A stretch of 64,000 bases of DNA, taken from the NCBI GenBank assembly GCA_963768855.1, contig CAVYJM010000006.1:192001-256000 (forward strand). Reading direction: 5' to 3'. Positions 8,497 through 18,985 of this stretch are shown here, one piece after another. Below the pieces are notes generated by a model that worked only from the letters and a program-made list of their open reading frames with translations, ran no database searches and was not told where the DNA came from. This DNA is from an uncultured Thermoplasmata archaeon. Lineage in GTDB: Archaea > Thermoplasmatota > Thermoplasmata > RBG-16-68-12. Position numbers and translations under genes: made by a program. Each line of letters starts with the position of its first letter. Positions within the stretch are counted from its first letter, which is position 1.

Positions 8497-10374
8497 TCAG
8501 TTCTTTTCTTTCTTTTCTTCCTGAATTCTCTTCTGTAGCCGTGTGCGGACGACGTCGCTCACGACCTTCCCGTCCGCGCGCCCCCGGAGCTTCTCCATGG
8601 CGCGGCCCATGATCCCCTTCTCCGCGGCGGCTCCGCGGGAGCGGATGAGGTCCTCCGAGGCGTCCAGGACCTCGTCGACCGTCCTCTCGACCTCCTCGCG
8701 ACCGAGCCCCTGGACGCCGACCGCCTTCAGGGCGTCCGATGCGCGGCCCCCGGTCGTTGCCATGTGCCGCAGGAGATCCGGGATCGCCTCCTTGGCGAAC
8801 CGCCCCGCTTTCAGGAGGGAGAACAGCTCCCGCAGGTGGTCTTCCGGGATTCCGTCGACGTCCAGGCCTTCCCGCCGCAGCTCGGAATAGTGGTAGAGGA
8901 GGACCGTGGCCACGAGCGTGGCCTCGCCGAACTCCTTCGCGATGAGCTCGAAGAGGTCGTCGCTGCCTTCCTGCACGAGCTGTCGCGCCTGCTGCTCGTG
9001 GATCGCGTAGGCCTGCACGAGTCGCGGGACCTTCGCCTCGGGCCGCTCAGGGAGGTGCTCGCGGATCCGCTTCAGGCGGTCTTCGTGGACGCGCAGCGGC
9101 GGCACGTCCGTCTCCGGATACATGCGCGCTTTCCCGGGCAAGGGGCGGCTGTAGACCGAGGTCCCGTCGGGACGTGGATCGCGCGTCTCCTCAGGGACGC
9201 CCTGGACCGCGTAGCGTGCGCGGGGGAGCATCTCCTCGATCGCGTGGAGCCCCTTCGCCTCCTCGTCCGCCACCAGGACGAAGGCGTCGGCGTCCCCGAG
9301 CTTCAGCACCTTCCGGACCGCATCGACCTCCGCCTGGGTCACGCCGTAGGCGGGAAGCTCGTCCGAATGGAAGATGCCGCCGACCCCAGCGACCCGGGCA
9401 TGCGCCGCCAGTTCGGGCCCGAGCTTCCCTTTCAGGAGTCCCGCGAACTTCGGCAAGGGCCATCCGATCACCCTTCCCCCCTTCTTGAGGGCAGCCTGGA
9501 TGACCTTGGACAGGGAGGCAGTGAAGGCGGCGGTGAGGTCGACTCCCGCCTCGGGCACCGCCCCGCCGCCGCGCCGCGCGAGCTCCTTCGCGACATCGAT
9601 GAGCATGAGCTGCCGCTCCGCCTCCTTCTGCACGAACGTCTCGATGAGGCGCAGCTCCTGGACGCCCTTGATCTCGATGCGCGCCCCGCCGCGGATGGAA
9701 ATGTTGACGTCCTCGCGGATCGTGCCGATCCCACGGACCACCCGGCGCGTCGCGCGCAGGAGGGACCCGATCGCCAGGGCGACCTCACGCGCCTCTTCGG
9801 GGGTGGCGATGTCCGGGGTCGTGGAGACCTCTGCGAGCGGGATGCCGAGGCGGTCGAGGCGGTAGAAGATCTCGTCGACCTTCTCGCCCACCTTGCGGGC
9901 CGCGTCCTCCTCGAGGAGGATCGTCGGGACGCCGATCCGCTTCCCATTCACCTCGATCGCGCCGTCCATCGACACGAGGGCGGACCGCTGGAAGCCCGCC
10001 GTGTTCGAGCCGTCGATGACGATCTTGCGCATGAAGTCGACTTCCCGCACGGGCTTGGCGCCGAGCAGGAGGGAGATTTCCAGGGCGATGTCGAGGGCCT
10101 CCTCGTTCGGGTGGTGCGGCGGTTCCTCGTCCGCCTCGACGAGGCACGTGTTCGGTGTGGCCTCGTAGACGAATGTGAGATGGCGTCGCGCCTCCTCGAT
10201 CGCGGCGGCGTCCACTTCGCCGAGTTCGCTCTGCGTGGGCCGCAGACGGCGCTGGAACCGGATGCCGTCGTCCTCCTCGGAGAGGCGGGAGGCGCAGTTG
10301 CAGAACAGCTTGTGGGTGAGGAGCTGCTGGTGAATCTCGAGCCCGACCTTCAACCCCAGGGCCTTGTAGTCCAT
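8497..10374 (-). CDS. gatE: Glutamyl-tRNA(Gln) amidotransferase subunit E
   Basis: MDYKALGLKVGLEIHQQL, MRKIVIDGSNTAGFQR, LEEDAARK, RPLPGKARMYPETD. Confidence 0.97.
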   Translation of the reverse strand: MDYKALGLKVGLEIHQQLLTHKLFCNCASRLSEEDDGIRFQRRLRPTQSELGEVDAAAIEEARRHLTFVYEATPNTCLVEADEEPPHHPNEEALDIALEISLLLGAKPVREVDFMRKIVIDGSNTAGFQRSALVSMDGAIEVNGKRIGVPTILLEEDAARKVGEKVDEIFYRLDRLGIPLAEVSTTPDIATPEEAREVALAIGSLLRATRRVVRGIGTIREDVNISIRGGARIEIKGVQELRLIETFVQKEAERQLMLIDVAKELARRGGGAVPEAGVDLTAAFTASLSKVIQAALKKGGRVIGWPLPKFAGLLKGKLGPELAAHARVAGVGGIFHSDELPAYGVTQAEVDAVRKVLKLGDADAFVLVADEEAKGLHAIEEMLPRARYAVQGVPEETRDPRPDGTSVYSRPLPGKARMYPETDVPPLRVHEDRLKRIREHLPERPEAKVPRLVQAYAIHEQQARQLVQEGSDDLFELIAKEFGEATLVATVLLYHYSELRREGLDVDGIPEDHLRELFSLLKAGRFAKEAIPDLLRHMATTGGRASDALKAVGVQGLGREEVERTVDEVLDASEDLIRSRGAAAEKGIMGRAMEKLRGRADGKVVSDVVRTRLQKRIQEEKKEKN

Positions 10375-10448
10375 TTGCCTCGGAAAGGCCGGGGGGCTCG
10401 AATAAGGCTTTCGTGGTCCGCGTCCCGCGCGATTCCGCCCGTCGCCCC

Positions 10449-10841
10449 CTACGCCCCCTCGCCCGGTGGCCGCTCCAGCCTCGCCTCGAGCTCCTCGATG
10501 CGGGCCGCGGCGTTCTTCAGCTCGCCCCAGAGGATGTGGTGCCTCCGCGCCGCACGGTATTCGCGCAGGGCCTCGGGGTCCGCCGGCTCCGCCTCGCCGT
10601 CCGTGGACAGGATGTTCTTCACGTAGAATTCCCGGTCCAGCTCCGGGAGGGCGGACACGCGGCGGATCAGGTGCGCGGGATAGTCCGGCCGAAGCGTCGA
10701 CGCGTCGCGGAGGGCCATCATGATTGCATACTCGGCGCAGCAGTTCATGTCTCCCTGGGGAGGCTCATGGCTGCCGTGCGCCTTTCGGTGGGCCTCCACG
10801 AGCATGTCCCACACCTGACCGTACTCTTCGGGGACGGACAT
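10449..10841 (-). CDS. Hypothetical helical protein
   Basis: Host-like codons, between gatD and gatE; no recognised motif. Confidence 0.65.
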   Translation of the reverse strand: MSVPEEYGQVWDMLVEAHRKAHGSHEPPQGDMNCCAEYAIMMALRDASTLRPDYPAHLIRRVSALPELDREFYVKNILSTDGEAEPADPEALREYRAARRHHILWGELKNAAARIEELEARLERPPGEGA

Positions 10842-10895
10842 CGATCTCGCCGTCCGAGACAACCGGACGGGGCGTATCAAGCTGCGCGGAAACAC

Positions 10896-11369
10896 TCAGG
10901 CCTGGCGCCGGCGGTCCTCGGGCTTGTACGGGGACTCGAGCGTGCCCTCTTCCCGCATCTCCCGGTGCTCCTTCTCCTTCTTGAGCCATGCCAGCAGACG
11001 GGCGGCCGCGCCGAAGGGACGGAACTCGAAGATGACCTTCCCGTGCTCCGCGTCCTGCGTGTGGAGGAGCACGCGGCGCTTCTTATGGACGACGTCCGTG
11101 GCCTCCTCGAAGGGGATCTCGTGGTATCGCTTGCCCTTCTTCCCTCCAGGCAGGTCGAGCCACGCGTCGTCGAGGAGCAGGATCCGCTGCCGCGTCTGCC
11201 ACGCCCACCCGTGGCGGCGCTCGACCAGGGAGCGTTTCGTGAAGGCGCCCCCCTTGTAGATCTCGTAGTTCAGGGCGCGGAACCCGATGACCTGGTCCTT
11301 CTCCTTCAGGACGGGCTCGTTCGCCGCGGTCATGACGACGCCGACCTCTCCGACCTGGTCGATCTTCAT
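10896..11369 (-). CDS. Hypothetical protein, possibly PH-like fold
   Basis: Beta-rich core followed by one C-terminal helix; fold is a guess. Confidence 0.6.
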   Translation of the reverse strand: MKIDQVGEVGVVMTAANEPVLKEKDQVIGFRALNYEIYKGGAFTKRSLVERRHGWAWQTRQRILLLDDAWLDLPGGKKGKRYHEIPFEEATDVVHKKRRVLLHTQDAEHGKVIFEFRPFGAAARLLAWLKKEKEHREMREEGTLESPYKPEDRRRQA

Positions 11370-11436
11370 CCGGGCCCGTTGCGCGTCAACCCCTGGCCGC
11401 GCATAAGCTTAACGAAAGGTCCCCGCGATCCTGGCG

Positions 11437-12741
11437 TCAGTCCGAGAACTCGTCGAGGCCGATGCGCGGGTTCAGCTCGCCCGCGAGGTTCGTCCCCATT
11501 GCCTTCGCCACGTCGGCGGGCTCGCGGGTGTGGCCCAGGACCCACATCAGCTTGACGTAGGCCACCTCCGGGAGCATGTCCTCGCCGCTGATGACCCCCG
11601 CCTTGATCAGGTCGCGGCCCGTGTCGTAGACGCGCATCGACACGCGTCCCTGGAGGGTCTGGGTCGTCATGACGATGGGGATGCCGTCCCGGGTCGCGCG
11701 GTGGACCGCCGGGATGAGGTCGTGGGCCGTGTGCCCCAATCCCGTTCCGGCGAGGACGACCCCGTGCGCCTCCTTCAGGCAGTTCTCGAGGGCCGCGGGC
11801 TTCATCCCCGGGAAGAAGTGGATCAGGGCGACGTCCAGGTCGAGCCGGCTGTCGACCTTCACGGGTCCCTTGGCCCGCGGCTGGACGGGCTCGGTGAACT
11901 CGACGGGTCCCTCGGGGCGGACCGTCCCCAGGGGTGTGGCGTTCATGGAGCGGAACGCATCGCGCCGCGAGGAGTGCATCTTCCGGACCTTCGTCCCGCG
12001 GTGGATCCAGTCATACGAGTCCGAGGTCTCGGCGTGCATGACCGCCACGACCTCCCCGAAGTCCGCGGTGGCCGTCCGCGCGCCGCAGATCAGGTTGGAG
12101 GCCGCATCGGAGGACGGTCGGTCCGAGGAGCGCTGGGATCCGACGACGACCACGGGCCCGGTCAGGTCGCGCAGCATGAACGACAGGGCCGCGGTCGTGA
12201 AGTGCAGCGTGTCCGTCCCGTGCGGGATGAGGATGCCCGCGGCGCCCGCGTTCAGCTCCTTCCCCGTCTCCTGCGCGAGGTGCTGCCAGTTCTCCGGCTT
12301 CAGGTCCTCGCTGTAAATGCTGTAGATCACCCGCGCCCGTACGTTGCAGACCTCGAGGAGCTCGGGGACACTGAAGACGAGCTCCTCTGCGGTGACCGCG
12401 GGGTGCACGGCCCCCGTGCGGTAGTCCACGTACGACGCAATCGTGCCCCCGGTTCCCAGGACCGCGATCGTGGGCTTCGCTTTCGAGGAAGGCGGGAGGT
12501 TCCGGTCCACCCCGTGGGCGGCGTGCTTCGCCGTGACCTCCACGGACTCGACGTCTTCCACGGCAATCCCGATGTTGTAACCGCTCCCCAGCTTGACCGT
12601 GAGGATGTCCTCGCCGCTGAAGCTCGTGTGGGGCATGAGGACGCCTTCAAAGGTCTCTCCACGAGCCTTCACGCGCAGCGCGTCGCCCTGGACCGCCTTG
12701 GCCTTCTCCAGGAGGGCGTGGATCCTCGGCGGGTACTCCAT
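11437..12741 (-). CDS. gatD: Glutamyl-tRNA(Gln) amidotransferase subunit D
   Basis: N-terminal LTVKLGSGYNIG domain, TGGTIASYVDYRTGAV, HGTDT, SQRSSDRPSSD; start MEYPP at 12741. Confidence 0.96.
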   Translation of the reverse strand: MEYPPRIHALLEKAKAVQGDALRVKARGETFEGVLMPHTSFSGEDILTVKLGSGYNIGIAVEDVESVEVTAKHAAHGVDRNLPPSSKAKPTIAVLGTGGTIASYVDYRTGAVHPAVTAEELVFSVPELLEVCNVRARVIYSIYSEDLKPENWQHLAQETGKELNAGAAGILIPHGTDTLHFTTAALSFMLRDLTGPVVVVGSQRSSDRPSSDAASNLICGARTATADFGEVVAVMHAETSDSYDWIHRGTKVRKMHSSRRDAFRSMNATPLGTVRPEGPVEFTEPVQPRAKGPVKVDSRLDLDVALIHFFPGMKPAALENCLKEAHGVVLAGTGLGHTAHDLIPAVHRATRDGIPIVMTTQTLQGRVSMRVYDTGRDLIKAGVISGEDMLPEVAYVKLMWVLGHTREPADVAKAMGTNLAGELNPRIGLDEFSD

Positions 12742-12804
12742 CGGGCCACGGAACGGGGTCACCCGATAAGGGCTTTGTGGAGCGAGGGCCATTCCCGCCC
12801 CGCG

Positions 12805-13056
12805 ATGCGGACCGCCCGGGACGTCCTCAACGAACTGCGCTGGAGGAAGGGCCGCAGCCTCAAGCGGGCTGAGATCTGGGTCGCGGACCGGACCTCGCCG
12901 GAGGGCGGTCGCGTCCTCTCCGGCGCCGAGATCACGGAGCTGGGTCACCGTTACTTCTCGACGGTCCGAGCCACGATCCCCTTCTACAAGATCGTGAAGA
13001 TCACGTGCGGGGGCGAGGTGCTCTTCGAACGTCCCGTACCCCACGCGCGTCCGTGA
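12805..13056 (+). CDS. DUF504 / MJ1316-like RNA-repair-associated small protein
   Basis: MRTARDVLNELRW…IPFYKIVKI…LFER pattern; divergent from gatD. Confidence 0.75.
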   Translation: MRTARDVLNELRWRKGRSLKRAEIWVADRTSPEGGRVLSGAEITELGHRYFSTVRATIPFYKIVKITCGGEVLFERPVPHARP

Positions 13057-13193
13057 ACGGATGACAGGCGGATCGGCTTGGCCGGAGGCCGCCACGTCGT
13101 TGCGCCATCGAGCTGCAAGGCAACCTTGTTTAAGGTTGACTTGGAGCGGGCCCAACCCTTTTCGCGCGGCCCGGCATCTCGCCCGTGGTCCCC

Positions 13194-13475
13194 ATGTCCA
13201 GTTTCCCCGACGAGGTCCTCACGCGCACGAAGAAGGGCGAGATCGAGGTGCGTTCCCTGATCGATCGCGGTCGGTTTGTCCGGTACAACTACCTCCATCC
13301 GGAGACGGGCGAGCCCATGGAGGGCGGCAAGGTGAAGCTCGTCCTGATCTCGGAAGGCGGTCGCGCCGAGGAGTTCTTCATCATCCCGACGAAGTCGAAG
13401 CGCGATCTGCTCATCCCCGCCGCGGAGAAGGGTGCGCGGAAGATCTGGGACGGCAAGCAGCCCGTCGACCTGTGA
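13194..13475 (+). CDS. Hypothetical protein (93 aa)
   Basis: Host-like codons, beta-rich; no motif recognised. Confidence 0.7.
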   Translation: MSSFPDEVLTRTKKGEIEVRSLIDRGRFVRYNYLHPETGEPMEGGKVKLVLISEGGRAEEFFIIPTKSKRDLLIPAAEKGARKIWDGKQPVDL

Positions 13476-13535
13476 CAACCGAGCCACGGAGCTGGGTGCG
13501 CCCGCACGCCGTCGCGGGCGACGCGAGTGGACGCG

Positions 13536-14501
13536 TCAGCGCCCCGCCGGAGTCGTGAACTTGTCCAGGGTCGTGTGGTGCACCGCAAGCCCGAGGAGGA
13601 CACTCGCGTCCTGCGCGAACTCGCCGAGGTCGTGGGCGGCGGCTTCCACGGCCTGTTGTTCCTCGGGAAGGAGGGGCCATTCCTCCACGCGCAACAGGTG
13701 TCCTTTCCCGACCACGGCGGGCGCCCCGAGCGCGAGGTCCCGCACGCCGAATTCGCCTTGGAGGACGACCGAGGCCGGCACGGTCGAGGGCCGCGGGGAG
13801 ACCAAGGCGTGCAGGAGGCTCGCCGTCGCGCCCGCGGGTCCGTACGCGGTCCCGCCCTTCCCCTGGATGATCTTCGTGCTGACGGCTCGGAGATCCTCGA
13901 GGATCGTTGTCTTCTCCTCCGCGCTGAGCTCGACGGGCCGCCCCTGGATTCGGACGCGGCTGAACAGGGGCACGACCCGCTCGCCATGCTCCCCGAGGAC
14001 GAGGGCCTCCACCTGGGAGGGATTGACCCGGAATCGGTCCGCGAGCAGGCAGCGGAGCCGGACCGAATCGAGCAGCGCCCCGGACCCGAGGACCCGGTCC
14101 CTCGTCAGGCCCGAGGCCTCCCAGGCGATCGTCGTCAGGACGTCGACCGGGTTCGTGAGGACGACGAGGGTCGCGCGCGGGGCCACGGCCACGATCTGGC
14201 GGCTCAGGTCCCGGACGAGGGGTGCGTTCGCATGGAGCAGGTCGAGCCGCGTCATCCCTGGTTTGCGGCCCTGGCCCGCGACCAGCAGGATCACGTCGGA
14301 GCCGGCCAGGTCCTCGAGGGCGCCCGCCCGGACGATGCTGTCGGACCGCTCCGCGATCCCGCTCCGGATGTCCTCCGCCTGGGCCCAGGCGAGTCCCTCG
14401 ACGACGTCATAGAGGACGATCTCGTCCCACGTCCCGTCGCGGGCGACGGCGAAGGCGATTTCGCCTCCGAGCTTCCCCACGCCGACGACGCCGACCTTCA
14501 T
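13536..14501 (-). CDS. mdh: Malate/lactate dehydrogenase family protein
   Basis: KVGVVGVGKLG, AGQGRKPGMTRLDL, LTNPVD, LDSVR, GEHG. Confidence 0.9.
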   Translation of the reverse strand: MKVGVVGVGKLGGEIAFAVARDGTWDEIVLYDVVEGLAWAQAEDIRSGIAERSDSIVRAGALEDLAGSDVILLVAGQGRKPGMTRLDLLHANAPLVRDLSRQIVAVAPRATLVVLTNPVDVLTTIAWEASGLTRDRVLGSGALLDSVRLRCLLADRFRVNPSQVEALVLGEHGERVVPLFSRVRIQGRPVELSAEEKTTILEDLRAVSTKIIQGKGGTAYGPAGATASLLHALVSPRPSTVPASVVLQGEFGVRDLALGAPAVVGKGHLLRVEEWPLLPEEQQAVEAAAHDLGEFAQDASVLLGLAVHHTTLDKFTTPAGR

Positions 14502-14577
14502 CCGGACCGCCCGGTGCACGACACGGATGGAGGCCTATAAGCCATGTTGCGCACGGATTCCGCTGGACCACGCGGGT

Positions 14578-15309
14578 TCAGGCGGGCTGCAGCTCGTAGG
14601 AGATGCGGTCCGTCTCCTTCCCCTTGGACCGTTTCTCGAGGATGTGGATCCGGCCGATCTCCCTCGTGTTCTTCAGGTGCGTGCCCCCGCACGGGCAGTA
14701 GTCCGCGGGCCCGATCTCGATGACCCGCAGCCGCCGGATGCTCTGCGGGATCAGGTCCAGGAGCGAGCGGTCCTCGACCTTGTTCTGCACGACGACGCGG
14801 TCCTCCTCGAAGATCCGCACGTCGAGGGCGGCCTCTACGACCGCGTTGCACTCCTCCTCGATGCGCTCCAGGTCCTCCGGCGAGAAGTTCGCGGGTTGGA
14901 AGTCGACGCGGCTGAAGTCCGCGTGGATCTGGTTCCCGACGGTCCGCGCGGCGTAGATCCGGAACACGAGCCCGGACATCAGGTGCTGGGACGTGTGCAT
15001 CCGCATGTGCTTGTACCGCCGGTCCCAGTCGATCACGCCGTGCACGTCGTCCGACTCGGGCATGCGCTCCACGTGGTGCTTGACGACGCCCTTCTCCTTC
15101 GTTACCCGCAGGACCTTCGCCTCGTCTCCGGGCCACCGCAGGAGCCCGTGGTCGTCCGGCTGTCCGCCCCCCTCGGCGTAGAACAGGGTCTGGTCGAGGA
15201 CCACGTAGTCGGGGCCGCGCTCCGTTATCTTGGCATCGAACTCGCGGCGATAGCAGGGGTCCGGATCCTGCCCCTTCCTCTCTTCCATGTACAGGACGCG
15301 GGTGGACAT
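14578..15309 (-). CDS. alaX: AlaX trans-editing alanyl-tRNA deacylase
   Basis: FYAEGGGQP, MRMHTSQH (HxxxH), CPCGGTH (CxxxH). Confidence 0.93.
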   Translation of the reverse strand: MSTRVLYMEERKGQDPDPCYRREFDAKITERGPDYVVLDQTLFYAEGGGQPDDHGLLRWPGDEAKVLRVTKEKGVVKHHVERMPESDDVHGVIDWDRRYKHMRMHTSQHLMSGLVFRIYAARTVGNQIHADFSRVDFQPANFSPEDLERIEEECNAVVEAALDVRIFEEDRVVVQNKVEDRSLLDLIPQSIRRLRVIEIGPADYCPCGGTHLKNTREIGRIHILEKRSKGKETDRISYELQPA

Positions 15310-15418
15310 CCTGGCCGGGAAACCGCGACGGACCATAAAGGGTTCGCGTCAGCGGCCGGCCGCAGGTTCATTCCGTCCGCGGGAACCGTCTTATCGGGGG
15401 TCCCCCTTCCCCGCCGCG

Positions 15419-16510
15419 ATGGTCGCTCGGCTCGCATCCCCGAAGGAGAAATATGGGCCGCTCGAGGTCTTCCCAGTCCGCGGGTCGCCCCGGCAGGTCG
15501 GCGAGGCGCTCGGAGAGCGATTCGCCCACGAGGCGGACCGGGCCGTCGAGATCTTCCGGAAGGAGCTCACCTGGGAGAAGGGCGCCACGGTGGAGGGCGC
15601 GAAGCGGTACGCCCGCAAGGTCCTCCCGCGGATTGAGGCGTGGGTCCCCGACTTCATCGAGGAGATGCGGGGATACGCCGCTGGCAGCGGCGTCCCCTTC
15701 GATGTGCTCCTGGCGCAGTGGTCGGGTCACAGCCCGTCCGCCGGCCTGAAGGGCTGCACGGACGTCGCCGCGGGGCCGGAGCAGACCGCGGACGGGAGCG
15801 TGCTCGTCGCCCACAACGAGGACTACACGCCGGACTACGACGGCCTCGTCGTGCCCGTCCACGTCGCGGTCGAGGGCAAGCCCGCGTTCTTCGCGATGTC
15901 CTACCAAGGGCTCTTCCCGACGATGGGCTTCAATGACGCGGGGATCAGCCTGACCGGGAACGCGGTGAGCCCGAACGACGTCCGGATCGGGATCCCGAAG
16001 ATGTTCGCCCCCCGCCGCGTCCTCGAGTCCAGCACGTTGAAGGAAGCCCTCGAGTCCGCGATGCCGGCGGGACGCGGGTCCAGCTTCAACAACATCGTCT
16101 GCTCGAGGGAGGGTGAGCTCTATTCCGTCGAGGGCTCCGCCACGGACTTCGAGGCCCTCTACGGCGACGGCGGCTGGCTCGTCCACACGAATCACTACGT
16201 GGGCGAGCGGATGTTGAAGTACGAGCGGGATCCGCAGGAGAAGTTCTGCTCCATCCTGCGCTACAACCGGGCGCGGAAGCTCATGGAGGCCACGCTGGGC
16301 CACGTGACCCCCGAGACGATCGTGCGGATCCAGCGGGACCATCTCTCCCGCCCGGACTCGATCTGCCGCCATGAGAACCCGAAGGACCCCGAGGCGGATC
16401 GCGTGAAGACCCTCTTCGGGTCGATCGTGAATCTCACCACGGGAGACGTCTACATCAGCGGATCGACCCCGTGCGAGACGGAGTACCGCGTCTTCCGGCT
16501 GACCGGCTGA
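15419..16510 (+). CDS. Peptidase C45 / isopenicillin-N acyltransferase-like Ntn hydrolase
   Basis: G|CTD autoprocessing site, VAHNED, HTNHY. Confidence 0.9.
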   Translation: MVARLASPKEKYGPLEVFPVRGSPRQVGEALGERFAHEADRAVEIFRKELTWEKGATVEGAKRYARKVLPRIEAWVPDFIEEMRGYAAGSGVPFDVLLAQWSGHSPSAGLKGCTDVAAGPEQTADGSVLVAHNEDYTPDYDGLVVPVHVAVEGKPAFFAMSYQGLFPTMGFNDAGISLTGNAVSPNDVRIGIPKMFAPRRVLESSTLKEALESAMPAGRGSSFNNIVCSREGELYSVEGSATDFEALYGDGGWLVHTNHYVGERMLKYERDPQEKFCSILRYNRARKLMEATLGHVTPETIVRIQRDHLSRPDSICRHENPKDPEADRVKTLFGSIVNLTTGDVYISGSTPCETEYRVFRLTG

Positions 16511-16516
16511 TCCCGC

Positions 16517-17653
16517 TCACTTGCCGAGCAGGGATCGCGCGATGACCATCCGCTGCACCTCGGACGTCCCTTCGTACAGCTCCGTGATCTTCTGGTCACG
16601 ATACAGCTTCTCGACGACGTAGTCCTTGATGAAGCCGTAGCCGCCGTGGATCTGGACCGCGGCGTCGACCGCGCGGTGCGCCGCCTCCGAGGCGAACAGT
16701 TTCGCGACGCTCGACTCGTACGTGTGCTTCTGGCCCACGTCCTTGAGACGCGCGACCTTGTACGTGAGGAGGCGGGCCGCTTCGATCTCCGTGGCCATAT
16801 CGGCGAGCTTCCACTGGATCGCCTCGAATTCGGCGATCTTCGCTCCGAAGGCCTCGCGCTCCTTCGCGTACTTCAGGGACTCCTCGAGAGCGCGCTGGGC
16901 GATGCCGAGGGCCTGCGCCGCGATCCCGATCCGGCCCCCATCCAGCGTGGCGAGGGCGATGTTGAACCCCTTCCCCTCCTGACCCAGGAGGTTCTCCTTC
17001 GGGATCCGCATGCCGTCAAGACCTACCAGCATCGTGTCGCTTGCGCGGATCCCCATCTTGTTCTCTTTCCGGAGGAGCTTGTAGCCGGGTGCGTCCGTGG
17101 GCACGATGAAGCCCGAGATGTCGTACTTCTTCTCCCCCGTGCGCGCATACGTCACGAGGACCTTGGCCGCGGAGGCGTTCGTGATGAACGCCTTCGTGCC
17201 GTCGAGGACCCACTCGTCCCCCTCGAGGCGGGCGGTCGCACGCATCGCGGCGGCGTCCGAGCCGCTTCCGGGCTCCGTGAGGGCGTACGCCCCGACCCAC
17301 TCCCCCTTCGCGAGCGGCACGAGATACTTCTGCTTCTGCTCCTCCGTCCCCCAGCGCAGGATCGGCTCGCATGCGAGGCCGTTGCAGACTGCGGCGATCA
17401 CGGAGGCGCTCGCGTCCCCGCGGGCGAGCTCCTCGATCGCGATCGCGTAGCAGACCGTGTCGAGTCCGGAGCCGCCATACTTCTCCGGGACGAAGATGCC
17501 CAGGAGGCCAAGCTCGCCCATCTTCGTCGCCCAGTGGCCCGGGAACTCCTGGCTCTCATCGTACTTCATCGACTCGGGGATGATCTCCTGCTCGACGAAG
17601 TCCCGGACCATCTTCCGGGTCATTGCCTGCGTCTCGCTGAGCTCGAAGTCCAT
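16517..17653 (-). CDS. Acyl-CoA dehydrogenase
   Basis: ALTEPGSGSD, LDGGRIGIAAQ, QIHGGYG, ELYEGTSEVQR. Confidence 0.96.
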   Translation of the reverse strand: MDFELSETQAMTRKMVRDFVEQEIIPESMKYDESQEFPGHWATKMGELGLLGIFVPEKYGGSGLDTVCYAIAIEELARGDASASVIAAVCNGLACEPILRWGTEEQKQKYLVPLAKGEWVGAYALTEPGSGSDAAAMRATARLEGDEWVLDGTKAFITNASAAKVLVTYARTGEKKYDISGFIVPTDAPGYKLLRKENKMGIRASDTMLVGLDGMRIPKENLLGQEGKGFNIALATLDGGRIGIAAQALGIAQRALEESLKYAKEREAFGAKIAEFEAIQWKLADMATEIEAARLLTYKVARLKDVGQKHTYESSVAKLFASEAAHRAVDAAVQIHGGYGFIKDYVVEKLYRDQKITELYEGTSEVQRMVIARSLLGK

Positions 17654-17734
17654 CGCCCGGAGGTAGGCCCCGCCAGAGGATAAAATTTCGGCCGTCCGGA
17701 AAGGTTCAAGCCGGCCGTCCCGTTCGCCGCTCCC

Positions 17735-18622
17735 GTGGCCGCGCTCCGCCTCGAGCCCTTGCAGACGTTGGACGCGCAGGAGTACTGGCGCATCTATGTC
17801 GAGGGCCGCACCGACCTGCCGACGCGCTCCGTGCCCGCGCACGTCGAGCGCTACCTCGCGCTGCCGAAGGACGAGCAGCGCACGCACTACGCGATCCGCC
17901 AGGGAGAGGCGATGATCGGGACCGTGCGCCTCCTCCCCGACACGATCACGGGCTTCTCGCTCGAGCCGGCCCACGCGGGCGAGGCGCGCGCGGCGATTAT
18001 CCGGGCGCTGGATCTCCTCCGGTCCGGCGGCGCGGGAGCCATCACGGCCTCGTTCGACGAGGCGTACGAAAGGGACTTTGAGGCCCTCGGGTTCCGCCGG
18101 GCCTTCGCGAGGATGCGGATGGAGGCGCCCACGGAGCGACGTCCGCCCCCCGCGGTCCCCCTCAAGCCGCCGGAGGAGGCTGAGGTCCCCGGCCTCGCGC
18201 GGTTCTTCATGGACGTGTACGCCGGTCATGTGGAACAGCAGTATGGCATGCACGTTGGCTCCGAGGAGGACTGGCGCGGCTACATCTCCGGGGTCCTCCG
18301 GGGCGAGGCGGGCCGCTTCATGCCCGAGGCGTCCTTCGTGTCGCTGGAGGAGGGGCGTCTCGCGGGAGCGATCCTCGTGAGCCACTGGATGGGGTCCCCG
18401 CTGGTCGCTGAGCTGGGCGTGGCCGCGGATCGCCGGCGCCGCGGGATCGCCCGCGCGCTCGTGTCCGCCGCGTCGACGCGCCTCGCCGGCCTCGAGGAGA
18501 CCCGGTGGGCGCTCTACGTTACGCTCGGCAACGATCCTGCGATTACGCTGTACCGCGGGCTCGGCTTCGCCCCGTCGGGCGGAGAGACCGTTACGGCGCG
18601 GCTCGATGCGCCGCCCGGGTGA
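17735..18622 (+). CDS. Tandem GNAT acetyltransferase
   Basis: ELGVAADRRRRGIARAL motif A, LYRGLGF; degenerate N-terminal GNAT. Confidence 0.82.
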   Translation: MAALRLEPLQTLDAQEYWRIYVEGRTDLPTRSVPAHVERYLALPKDEQRTHYAIRQGEAMIGTVRLLPDTITGFSLEPAHAGEARAAIIRALDLLRSGGAGAITASFDEAYERDFEALGFRRAFARMRMEAPTERRPPPAVPLKPPEEAEVPGLARFFMDVYAGHVEQQYGMHVGSEEDWRGYISGVLRGEAGRFMPEASFVSLEEGRLAGAILVSHWMGSPLVAELGVAADRRRRGIARALVSAASTRLAGLEETRWALYVTLGNDPAITLYRGLGFAPSGGETVTARLDAPPG

Positions 18623-18694
18623 CGATTCTCAGGGCTGAGATTGAAGGGCCTACCCTTAAGGCCCGCCGCCCCAGCATGGCGGGGAGGCGAGCCT

Positions 18695-18985
18695 ATGATT
18701 CTCCTCGAGAGCTTCGTCGTGCTCCTCCTGAGCATCCTGTGCGGCGTGCTGGGGGCGTTCCTGCTGGCCCACCGCGGCGTGCGGATGATGCGCGGCGGTC
18801 TTCTGTACCGCTTGAGCGTCGGCCTCGCGGCCGTGGGGATCGCTCTGAGCCTGAGCGCGGCGGCCCGCGTGATCGGGCTGGACGTGATCGTCTCGGACGG
18901 GTTCCAGGTCGTCGCCCTCGTCGTCCTGTTCTTCATCGGCTACAGCGCGTGGCTGAGCGCGCACACGATGCAGTCCGAGGCATGA
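18695..18985 (+). CDS. Small 3-TM membrane protein
   Basis: Three hydrophobic helices; GGGGAGG RBS; ATGA-coupled to next ORF. Confidence 0.7.
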   Translation: MILLESFVVLLLSILCGVLGAFLLAHRGVRMMRGGLLYRLSVGLAAVGIALSLSAAARVIGLDVIVSDGFQVVALVVLFFIGYSAWLSAHTMQSEA

